Origin: Macrostomum lignano
Taxonomy: Eukaryota
Assembly (NCBI GenBank): GCA_002269645.1
Contig: NIVC01001991.1
Location: 1 to 64,000, forward strand
DNA: 64,000 nucleotides
Direction: 5' to 3'
Positions within the stretch are counted from its first letter, which is position 1. Each line of letters starts with the position of its first letter. The position numbers and the translations under genes were made by a program. This document shows, piece after piece, positions 36,713-47,658 of this stretch. Under the pieces are notes generated by a model. The model was not told the origin of the DNA, made no database searches, and saw only the letters and a program-made list of their open reading frames with translations.

Positions 36713-39700
36713 AGCAAAACAAACTAGAAGATCGGCATAAAATTTTTGAGAGGTGATTTATGCACTATTTCTATGCCCTAAATGCTTAAACCTTAAAGAC
36801 ACTTAAAGACACTTACCTTTTATCCTCCTACCATATTTATATTCTGAAATTTAAAAAGAACCATTAAAAAAATTAAACGCAATAAAGTAAAAGATTGCTA
36901 AATAAAAATATAGGCCTATAGAAATTTAAAATATCAAAAACCAGTGTACATACAAAGGAGTATATAAAAAGCATGATCTGCAATGTGGGCATTGTGGGGT
37001 TTAATAATAAATAAGTAATATTATTTATAGTAGGCCCAAATATAATGAAAATATTCAATAAATAATATTAAATAAATAATAATATCTAAACAGTTAATTA
37101 GTAATAATCATGTACTAGTGTAAGCTGCTAGTTCAAAGCATTCTAAACTTGTGCAAAAATATTACCAACATTATTTAATTAGACCTATACAGGCCTAATC
37201 CCCAATTTTCTACTATTTTGGTCCTAATAGTTTTCTATCAATGTACTTTCTTTTCAGTACGAGTAGCACGTCTTTCTAGTTCCTGGTTAGAACACACCTG
37301 TTTCTATTTTAGAGCTAAATTTCTTTACGCTGTACTTTTGTATTTGCCAATAATGAATGATTCTAAGTAGGTCTTAATTTTTGAGCTTTAAAAGACAAAA
37401 AGTGACAGTGATCCAACATGACAAAACGGGCCGTTTAAATAGTTTCTACGAAAACCCCTTCGTAGCGTGATTTTTAAAAGATTAAAAGCAAATTACTTAC
37501 ATTGTTTTAAAACAAGTTGACCATTGATCACTGACTTTGATCTGCAAGAACAAGGTTTTAATCTTTTTAATCTAAATAAAACTTGCCATACGTATTACAA
37601 AAATTTTGTTTAATCTAAAAAGTAAAACCTCTGACGGTTTGCAACAACCTAGAGAAGTGGTCCTTGAGTTACCAGCTAAAGCTTGGTAAGTTTCCAAGTT
37701 AAAAACCAAGGTAAGTTTCCTTTTGCGATATTTCTGATTTTTAGCAAATTTTATTGAAGACACTGGGAATTTATTAATCTAAACTGTTATAGTTAATGAA
37801 AATGACAATTTTACATGCTATATCCGCTCTCATGTGCAGCTGCAGGGCATTAAGTAATTAACTTTAATCGACTTTAGCGAAGATGTCCGCGTCAGCTTCG
37901 TTTATTCGTTTTGACGTTCGGAACATCAATATTTTTTGCATTTTGGATGGACAATCGATAATTAACAGCATTGTAAAGCCATTTTAAAGAGCGGAGATCG
38001 AGCTCGAGACTGTCTAAATTGAGAAAACATTAAGAGAAAAAACTCCATCTGATAGGTTTCGACCTTCCGGCCCCCTTGTGGGGAAGCCTTCGGGCCTCAG
38101 GTCTCAGAAATAAATCAATTAGAGTCCTGGCCCCCCACTCCTGTCAGATGGTCAGCCCCATGGTAGCTTGATCGTGTGGCGAGCAGTGTAGGTCCTATAA
38201 CTAAGAGACGGACAGCGAGAGACAAGCAGGGAGAATTTTGAAGGTAGAAATTAGTTAATCCGCAGATCAGCTAACTCGCTGCCACTAGCCCGTACGCCCT
38301 GGCTCACCACACCGGGACTCTCGAAATCGGGCTTCCGACTAGAGGGGGCTTGCACTTACCTGCCAACTAGTGTCTTTTTGCTGTCAATCTCGAAGTCATA
38401 GCCGGTGTTAAGGGACACTGCTGGGACTAGATCGCATTGGCCATGCAGGTACAGAGGGGACTTGTGCAGGGGATTCTTGCAGTGGCGAGACTATGGGTAG
38501 CTACATGTACTATTACATTGCTAAATACGAAGATATGTACTTTTGGCCTTCAACGCGCCAACTAGCCTCTCAGCGCTGATGATAGACTAACTCGAACTTC
38601 AGAGACCGCATGATTCATTACCCGAGCCGCTTGGCGAACCTAGAGTGCACAAAGTACATCTCTGGCGCCGATTTTGCACTATTGGTAATTTCGCTAACTG
38701 ATTTGACAGATTGATCGACTGAGAACTGCCTTGCCTTTGGTCCACTGTGAGCGGCGCCTTACTAGCTTAGCTACTCATCTGAGCCATCGGCGAACAAAGA
38801 AATAAAACCGATAAAAATAACTGTTAGATTTAACCTTCTCCTTAGATCACTTCACACTTCAGATTGAATTGGAGCTTAGACTACTAGCAGTATTATTGAA
38901 TGTCTTCTGCCTCAGCAACAGCACTACTGAACAAAAAGAGCAAAAGTGTGCGCCTAATCCAGCTACTGAAACAGGGGACAGATAGGGAATCACCCAATCA
39001 AGCAAGTCTAGGTAGCCTCTCACCCAACCAATCAGAAACTCAACAGCCGGAGACCAGGTAATCCACAGTGACCGAATCGGCTTAGTGCTTCGCAGCTGAA
39101 GGCCCGAGATAATGCTGATGTCACAATCTTCGCTGATAGCTAGCAGGTGATGCTCTTAACTTTGATGTTCGCTGCTGATGACCGGGGGATTCGTCCTTGA
39201 TGGTGATGGGGGGAAGTCGCAATATGGGGATCAAGAGACGACGGTCAGTTCCTGGCCGGTGGAGCAGGAACGAGGATTAAAGAGCCAGTTGAGTTCCGAG
39301 CGGGCCAAAAACACCGGTTTAAATAGCCGCCAACTGGACCGCAGTTTGTTATAACGGAACACGTCGATTCTGATTGGCTGAGCCGTTTTGTTAAAATTAG
39401 CGCCGAATTTTCTGATTGGCTAAGCTTGTTGCCACCCAGAATCACGTGACCGGGAGATCCTATCAGTTCCCACAGGGTCGTAAAAAGATGACAGGTGCGG
39501 CCATAAATCAATCAAAATCGCAACAAAATGATTTATGAATTTTCGCGTAGGATTGACAGAAATTAATGAAAAAATATACATTAGAAAGCTCTTATTAAAT
39601 AGAAAGTGAAGATAATGAAGAGAAACCGCTAATCGCTAATCCCAAAGTACTTTTAGGGGTAAAACGCATAGCTGTCAAAGCTGTCACACGCTTGAGTGAA

Positions 39701-41011
39701 CCCGAACAATAGGCTCTGACCTCATAAATCTTGATGGCCTGTCAAAATGATGAGAAAAAAACTGCTATTCGCATCCCCTCAGGCCATCTGGCGCCCGCCT
39801 TAACGCTGAGTGAGGCGCAGGTGGCTGTCAGACCAGCTTCGAAAGCGATGATTTACGACCCAAAAAGCTGCGCCTATGTTATTATGACTACTAGTATGAC
39901 CAAACATTATATCTAGTATAGATTCTTTGACAATTATTCGCAGAAAAAGAATAAAAATGCCCTTAGCCTGCAGTCAGTAGGCTAGTAAGTTTAGAGCCCA
40001 TGTGCTAGCGCGGGATGTGGGAAAAAGTGCGTCCTCATCACATCGTTTTATCCGGACAGCCCAAGTGCAGAGTTTGTGAGGTCTATGGAGGCCGGGCTGT
40101 GCATGGAAGACACAGTCGAGCGCTCCGGTCCTCCGGAAGGCTGACATAATAACAGAAGAACCGACGCAACTTCCAAGGTGTGAAGGAATTGGTACGGTAT
40201 ACCTGTGAAGCTAAATATCGACAGTAGACGAATTAAGGCACTCGCGCTCGAACTTCTAGGATATTCCTCACAGCAGCATGGCACGTATATACATGTACAT
40301 CGCATACTAGCGGTGAACTTTGTCAGATAGATCTTCGAAAAGTGAATACCTCACACATGCCACACAAATTGCTGACGGAATAACAAAATGAGGCTACAAA
40401 TATTTTATTGAGAAGACAATTTTACAGGATAATTGTGACTTAAGACGATGAGACGTGGTCTACGAATGCATGAGATCATGAGCTGGAGTGCCGGTTCATA
40501 GACATTTCGTCAACCAGCATTTGAAGGCTGTTCCCTATAGTCCAAGGTCTATCGTTAAAATAACGTTAGAAAAACGTTACATAGCTAACAAATTTTCGTT
40601 ATTAGGTTTACGTTAGACTTTAACGTTAGTCTTTCCGTTAGTTTGGTCGTTAAGCTAATGTTAGCTTTTCGTTAGCTTTTGAACGTTTACTACATTTCCC
40701 AAAAACAACGAAATTCTAACCATCTTCACCTTTCCTCACTCTCTACTGCTTCTATATTTACATGTATTTTGCACGGCACACAACTTTGGCCAGTTACTAC
40801 AGAGTGACAACATCATTTAGCTAGTTCCGTGACATTATATTTTTAAGAATTTATAAATTGAACAAGTATGTACTGCAGTTACAGGTATATGCAATTTAAA
40901 AGGGTACGCTCCATTATTAGCATAGCAAGCAGCAACAAGCAGCCAACAAAGAATGGAATAAACTTTTTTTTAATAAACTAAACTGTACATGTATTATATA
41001 GCTTCTGACCT

Positions 41012-41935
41012 ATAGCCTTGACATCTCAGCGATCCCACCTAAGCCTTGATATCTCAGCAATTCCCCCAGCAAGCCTTGATATCCCAGCAATTCCCACAGC
41101 AAGCCCTGACATCTCAGCAATTCCCTCAGCAAGTCTTGAGATCTCAGCAATTCCCCTAGCAAGCCTTGATATCCCAGCAATTCCCACAGCAAGCCCTGAC
41201 ATCTCAGCAATTCCCTCAGCAATTATTGACATCTCAGCAATTCCCCCAGCAAGCCTTGATATCCCAGCAATTCCCACAGCAACCCTGACAGCTCAGCAAT
41301 TCCCTCAGCAAGTCTTGACATCTCAGCAATTCCCTCAGCATGTTTTGACATCTCAGAAATTCCCTCAGCAAGTCTTGACATCTCAGAAATTCCCTCAGCA
41401 TGTCTTGACATCTCAGAAATTCCCTCAGCATGTTTTGACATCTCAGCAATTCCCTCAGCAAGTCTTGACATCTCAGCAATTCCCCCAGCAAGCCCTGACA
41501 TCTCAGCAATTCCCTCGGCCTCAGCAAGACTTGACATCTCAGAAATTCCCTCAGCATGTCTTGACATCTCAGAAATTCCCTCAGCATGTCTTGACATCTC
41601 AGAAATTCCCTCAGCATGTTTTGACATCTCAGAAATTCCCTCAGCAAGTCTTGACATCTCAGCAATTCCCCAGCAAGCCCTGACATCTCAGCAATTCCCT
41701 CGGCCTCAGCAAGACTTGACATCTCAGCAATTCCCCTATAGTAAGCTTTGACATCGCAGCAATTCCCCTAGTAAGCCTTGACATCTCAGCAATTCCCCAA
41801 GCAAGCCTTGACATCTCAGCAATTCCCTCAGCAAGTCTTGACATCTCAGAAATTCCCCTACTAAGCCTTGACATCTCAGAAATTCCCTCAGCAAGTCTTG
41901 ACATCTCAGAAATTCCCCTACTAAGCCTTGACATC
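41012..41935. repeat. Minisatellite, 30-bp unit CTTGACATCTCAG(C/A)AATTCCCTCAGCA(AGT/TGT)
   Basis: Directly visible, about 30 copies; downstream of the DESI2-like stop. Confidence 0.95.
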
Positions 41936-42354
41936 TATTTGAAAGTCCTATTCACACTAAATTTCGCGTACATACACGCGTTTGACGATCCGCACATGCA
42001 TTCATTCAGGTTATCATTAATTTAAATTATATAATGGGAAAGCAAATGTTGCACCAAATCAAGTTTATATTTACGCGAAAATCTATAAAATATGGCGAAC
42101 CGATGGCGAAAAAGGGTTGATAAAAGACATTCTTAATAAAAATTGGCATAGCTATCCCGCTATATAAATGGCAATATAAAACAATTGATTGTCTCTCTCT
42201 TATAATGCATTTCTCTCTGATCTTATAGGATTTAAAATGCATTTACTAAACGAACTCGTTAAAACCCATGCGAGTCTTAGATTTATTAAGTTTCGGCAAA
42301 TCTTAATTTCGTTTCGATTCCATACGAGCAGAAGAATCTGCAGAATTGCCGGCC

Positions 42355-43128
42355 CTATTTGCTTTGCTTCTTGTCGCATTCAACACGGTCGGCATTGCCC
42401 TGTTGCTGTCCACTGCTGCTGCATCGCGACAGATTAGCACAGATCTCCCTCAGGCCTCGCCGCTTGTTGCCCTTTTCCTCTTCGATTGTCGTTGCGTTCG
42501 TCGACTCGTTTCCGGCCTTCTTTCCCGCCTCGTCGCCGTCTTCATCGTCGCTGCATTCGCTGAGATAGCGTCGAACTCGTCGTTCAATAAAGGGCAGCCG
42601 GACGCCAATGCTGGCCAGGGAGTTGATCCACTTGGGAAACTCGGCCTGCGGGCACAGCAGCTTGCCCATCGTAGCGCTGAAGTGGTTGCAGTTCCGTCGC
42701 AGCAAGTCGTACATCCGTCCGGTAAACAAAGTCTGACCGAGCCACTGGCTAATTAGAAGCACGTCTTCTCTCTTGTAGTCGGTGCAGCCCAGTTGCACGG
42801 ACTTCTTAAACACCATATCGCACTCCATTGAGTTGACGTCTTTCGGCTTGATTCTGTAGACGCCGCAGTCGCCGTAGGCAATCTCAACGCCGTAGACCTC
42901 CAGGCCGGTGTGGTAGGCGGCCAGCCGAAGCCGCTTGGTCATGCGGTTGGTCCAGTGCAGGTCGTACACATTAATCAGCACCGGCTCGAGGCAACCGTTG
43001 GTCGGGAACACCGGCTGTCCGTTCGGTCGCAACAGACGCCGATTGCTGGAGCTCAGGCCCACGTGTATGTGGCCATTGGGACTGCGGCAGAGCTGCTGGT
43101 CAAGCAGCCAATGCATGGTTCGATCCAT
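42355..43128 (-). CDS. DESI2: PPPDE/DeSI family peptidase, single coding exon, ~257 aa
   Basis: Motifs VLINVYDL, YHTGLEVYGVEIAYG (catalytic His), YDLLRRNCNHFS (catalytic Cys), PKWINSLA. First in-frame ATG at 43128; the ORF-track start at 43221 is GTG. Confidence 0.85.
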   Translation of the reverse strand: MDRTMHWLLDQQLCRSPNGHIHVGLSSSNRRLLRPNGQPVFPTNGCLEPVLINVYDLHWTNRMTKRLRLAAYHTGLEVYGVEIAYGDCGVYRIKPKDVNSMECDMVFKKSVQLGCTDYKREDVLLISQWLGQTLFTGRMYDLLRRNCNHFSATMGKLLCPQAEFPKWINSLASIGVRLPFIERRVRRYLSECSDDEDGDEAGKKAGNESTNATTIEEEKGNKRRGLREICANLSRCSSSGQQQGNADRVECDKKQSK

Positions 43129-43425
43129 TGTAGGTGAGAGAGAGAGAGAGAGTCCTTTGGTTGTCTGATATATTGGATCGATTCTCCCTTCAAAACATGA
43201 CGCTTTACTCTTGGTATACACGAGCGTAAAATATTATAGCTTTCATTGACGACCCAAAACTTTGTGTTACATCATTTACCCAAGCTTAAGCCTCATTGTA
43301 TTCGCCACCGCAATAAGCACTATGCACATGTACATGTACTGTACCTACTAAATGTACATGCAGTTTGCAAACTGCTTATAGGCTAGGGTTAAAAATTCAC
43401 TCAACCCCCTATCGATAAGCTGAAG

Positions 43426-43490
43426 GGGGCCGTAGCCCAGCGTTAGCCCAGCTGCTCTGGTGTGCCAGCGACTCAGGCTCGATTCCAAGT
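43426..43490 (+). mobile_element. tRNA-derived SINE-like head (Pol III A/B boxes)
   Basis: A-box-like TAGCCCAGCG at 43433-43442 and B-box-like GGCTCGATTCC at 43476-43486 with tRNA-like spacing; no full cloverleaf. Confidence 0.4.
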
Positions 43491-44339
43491 GCAGTCACAT
43501 TAATTTGGGGCTGAATTGGAATCTCGGCTTGGCTCTGCTCGTGCAATTAACGGCCTTGAGAGCCAACCCCCCAAGGCGCAGTGAAGTGTACATGCCTAAC
43601 GATAATATAAAGTTAGGGCCGCTGTACACTCCTGTGTGAGTGTGTGCCTGCGTACGTATCCGCGCGCTTGTGTGCCTGCGTACGTATCCGCGCGCTTGTG
43701 TGCCTGCTCAGGGGAGTCGGCGGAATGGGCAGTAATGCCTCTCGCCGGTTGTGTGCCTATGTCGCTTAAAGTGCGCCAGGGTGCACACAACCCCCTGCCT
43801 CTAATCAAAAAAATCGATAAGCTGAGAAAACAGACTGCCACAACTGCAGAAGTGACTATCCACGATTATATTCAGAAACAGCCAATTTATAGAGATTTCA
43901 CCCAGACGCATTGATAAAATCAAAGTGGACGGCCAACGCTTTAACAGCTTTTTCATCTGAGTGACTCTCAGAGCCTTATTTAGTCTTAATGTACAGTTAT
44001 AGTGTCGATTTTTCATGAAGTCCGTGTTTTTAGAAGGGAGCCAGAACCTCAGCACGCCTGCGTAGCATGAGACTGACCAGGCTCACGACACGAGCTAAAA
44101 GATCTGTTGCTACACACCTGCATCGCCTCTATTCTGTGTGCAGGAATGGCTGCATTGTGAACTTTCTCTAAGCTTGACTCACAAGCCGACATAGGGGTTC
44201 AAGGCAGCTCTACAGGTTTACCGCGCCGGCGGAACAGGCAACAGAGCTATATGGTAGTATGAGGGCCTCAGAGATGAAATTTACAGAGGAGGGGGGAAAA
44301 AGAGAAAACAGGGGAGAAAGGAGGGGAGGGAAGGGGAAA

Positions 44340-44594
44340 TGAGAAGGACAGCGAGAGTAAGAGTGAGAGGGAGAGCGAGAGGGAGATTGAGAGGCAGAGC
44401 GAGAGCGAGAGATAGAGAGTTAGAGAGAGGTGGAAGAGAGAGTGAGAGGCAGAGTGAGAGGGAGAGTGAGAGGGAGAGTGAGAGTGAGAGTGGGAGTGAG
44501 AGGTAGAGTGAGAGTGAGAGAGAGAGTGAGAGTGAGAGGCAGAGTGAGAGGGAGAGTGAGAGGCAGAGTGAGAGTGAGAGTGGGAGTGAGAGGT

Positions 44595-44634
<40 letters not shown>

Positions 44635-44678
44635 GCAGCGTGAGAGGGAGAGTGAGAGGCAGAGTGAGAGTGAGAGGC

Positions 44679-44712
<34 letters not shown>

Positions 44713-45095
44713 GGAGAGTGAGAGGGAGAGTGAGAGTGAGAGGCAGAGTGAGAGGCAGAGTGAGAGGCAGAGTGAGAGTGAGAGTGAGAGTGAGAGGCAG
44801 AGTGAGAGGGAGAGTGAGAGGCAGAGTGAGAGTGAGAGGCAGAGTGAGAGTGAGAGTGAGAGTGAGAGGCAGAGTGAGAGGGAGAGTGAGAGGCAGAGTG
44901 AGAGGGAGAGTGAGAGGCAGAGTGAGAGGGAGAGTGAGAGTGAGAGTGAGAGGCAGAGTGAGAGGGAGAGTGAGAGGGAGAGTGAGAAGTGAGAGTAAGA
45001 GTGAGAGTAAGAGTGAGAGTGAGAGTAAGAGGGAGAGTGAGAGGGAGAGTGAGAGTAAGAGGGAGAGTGAGAGGGAGAGTGAGAGGGAGAGGTGA
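44340..45095. repeat. (GAGAGT/GAGAGG)n hexamer microsatellite
   Basis: Directly visible. Confidence 0.95.
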
Positions 45096-46469
45096 GAGGA
45101 AAAGGACCATCAGTCAGACGGTGCGGGACATTCCCAGCCTGCCATTAGAAAAATCAAATCAATACGGTTTGCCAATGTCCAATTAACTTTAAACCCGTGA
45201 CGAGCCTGACACCGCGGCTGGGCGACATTCAATATTTGAACTTGGCCAACTGCAGGATGAGGGGATGGTCCAGGATTTCTAATATTTCAACACCGCAGAT
45301 GTTGGGTATGATTTAAGGTGTAAAAGTAAACAGAAGTCTATAATTGAAAGAGCAATAATTATATAATACTAATATCAATATTGACATGGACATATAAAGT
45401 CTCTAGGCCACACCTGGTCCCTACCGCTAGCCTTTGTTAATAATAAAGTTAACTTGCATCTTATTATAACAACAAAAATTCCAATGAACAATAAATAAGT
45501 TAGATTTTTTTCTTACTAAACTGTACTAAATAATCGAAAATAATTATCGAAATCTCTAGAAGAGTTTTGTATATTTCGTATAGCTTTTTTTAGTTGCGTA
45601 TCGAAAATCATTGATACAGTACAGTAAAACAGAAACCATTGCTGATAAACTCTGTTTTGGCTTTCTAATCACTAAGGTAAAGTATGCCTACAGACTACAT
45701 ATATAATGCGTTTTTGCTAAATCAAACAGCCTAGCGAATTCTAATTGTCAAATAAACATCAGCGCTCTCAACTCCGCCCCTGAACGTTTCTACACTCCAA
45801 TAGATAATAACAAAAAAAAACAATTGAGACTTTTTGTTAAACTGAATAGACAGATTGCAGAATGTTTCTATAGGATTGGCGCAGTTATATAGGATCAACT
45901 AATATCAACCAGATTTACCGAAATCAACTCTAGTGGAGCATTAGGGAGGGGACAGATGGCGCAGTTAAACAAACCTAAAACAAAAATAGCAGAATGATTG
46001 ATAGTGGCTAACAAATTACATGTATAGAATGCAATTTACGAGACACATTACAAAAAAGTATTTTTTCTAATAATTCAATCTAAGTAAAGCGACTTGACAA
46101 TTTAATATTTATAATTCAGCATGGCTCTACAACTAAGCGTTAGAAAATTTAGCCATTACAAAATCAATACGGGAAAGCAATTGCCTAAGCCTAAACCACT
46201 AAAAAGCGGCAAAAAACTTAGGGACTTATGAAAGCTAATTTTAATTTCTTTATAATATCAAATAATACCTGTAATATTATCGATAAATAAAAAATTAGTC
46301 ATATAGAACAGGTTAAAAAGGCGTTATTAAAGTTGGTAGATTAAAAATATGAAGCTTAAAAAAGCACTCAAGAAAGAAGACTCGATGCTGAAGTATGACC
46401 GCTACGTATTGCCAGATGCAATCTGATCCCTGATCTTTGTGCAAGTGATTGCGTGTATGGAATATAGGA

Positions 46470-47410
46470 ATTTCCCAATCATGCTAATGGAATTTCCCAA
46501 TGATGCTATAGGAATCTCCCAATGATGCTATAGGAATTTCCCAATGATGCTATAGGAATTTCCCAATGATGCTATAGGAATTTCCCAATGATGCTATAGG
46601 AATTTCCCAATGATGCTATAGGAATTTCCCAATGATGCTATAGGAATTTCCCAATGATGCTATAGGAATTTCCCAATCATGCTAATGGAATTTCCCAATG
46701 ATGCTATATGAATTTCCCAATGATGCTATAGGAATTTCCCAATGATGCTATAGGAATTTCCCAATGATGCTATAGGAATTTCCCAATGATGCTATAGGAA
46801 TTTCCCAATGATGCTAATGGAATTTCCCAATGATGCTATAGGAATTTCCCAATGATGCTATAGGAATTTCCCAATGATGCTATAGGAATTTCCCAATCAT
46901 GCTATAGGAATTTCCCAATGATGCTATAGGAATTTCCCAATGATGCTATAGGAATTTCCTAATCATGCTAATGGAATTTCCCAATGATACTAATGGAATT
47001 CCCAATCATGCTAATGGAATTCCCAATCATACTAATGGAATTTCCCAATCATGCCAAAGGAATTTCCCAATGATGTTATTTAATGGAATTTTCTATTGAT
47101 GCTAATATGAAATTTTCTATTGATGCTAATATGAAATTTTCTATTGATGCTAATATGAAATTTTCTATTGATGCTAATATGAAATTTTCTATTGATGCTA
47201 ATATGAAATTTTCTATTGATGCTAATATGAAATTTTCTATTGATGCTAATATGAAATTTTCTATTGATGCTAATATGAAATTTTCTATTGATGCTAATAT
47301 GGAATTTTCTATTGATGCTAATATGGAATTTTCCATCGGTGCTAATATGGAATTTTCCATCGGTGCTAATATGGAATTTTCCATCGGTGCTAATGGAATT
47401 TTCCATTGAT
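46470..47410. repeat. Compound minisatellite: 22-bp TGATGCTATAGGAATTTCCCAA followed by 24-bp TGATGCTAATATGAAATTTTCTAT
   Basis: Directly visible; the unit switches at ~47075. Confidence 0.95.
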
Positions 47411-47658
47411 AAGAACGGATCTTCCCTTTAATTACTCGTATGCAAGAATTTTCATGTATCCCACTTTCTAAGTGGAATTCCCCGACCCCAAAAATGAAAA
47501 GTGCGGAAAAGAAACTAAAAAAACTAAAGAGAAGAGGAAATTAAAAAGACAATTCCGAACTCTGATCCTATCAGTTTCAAGCCGAAAGACAGCTCCCGTC
47601 GGACAACCAGATAGCGCTATTCTCAGTAGTTTTACACCCAGCCGCCAACGCGAGTGTC

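Noticed and set aside
38041-38120. Canonical hammerhead ribozyme
   Set aside because: CTGANGA is incomplete, and stems I and III could not be paired; kept only as a structured-RNA candidate.
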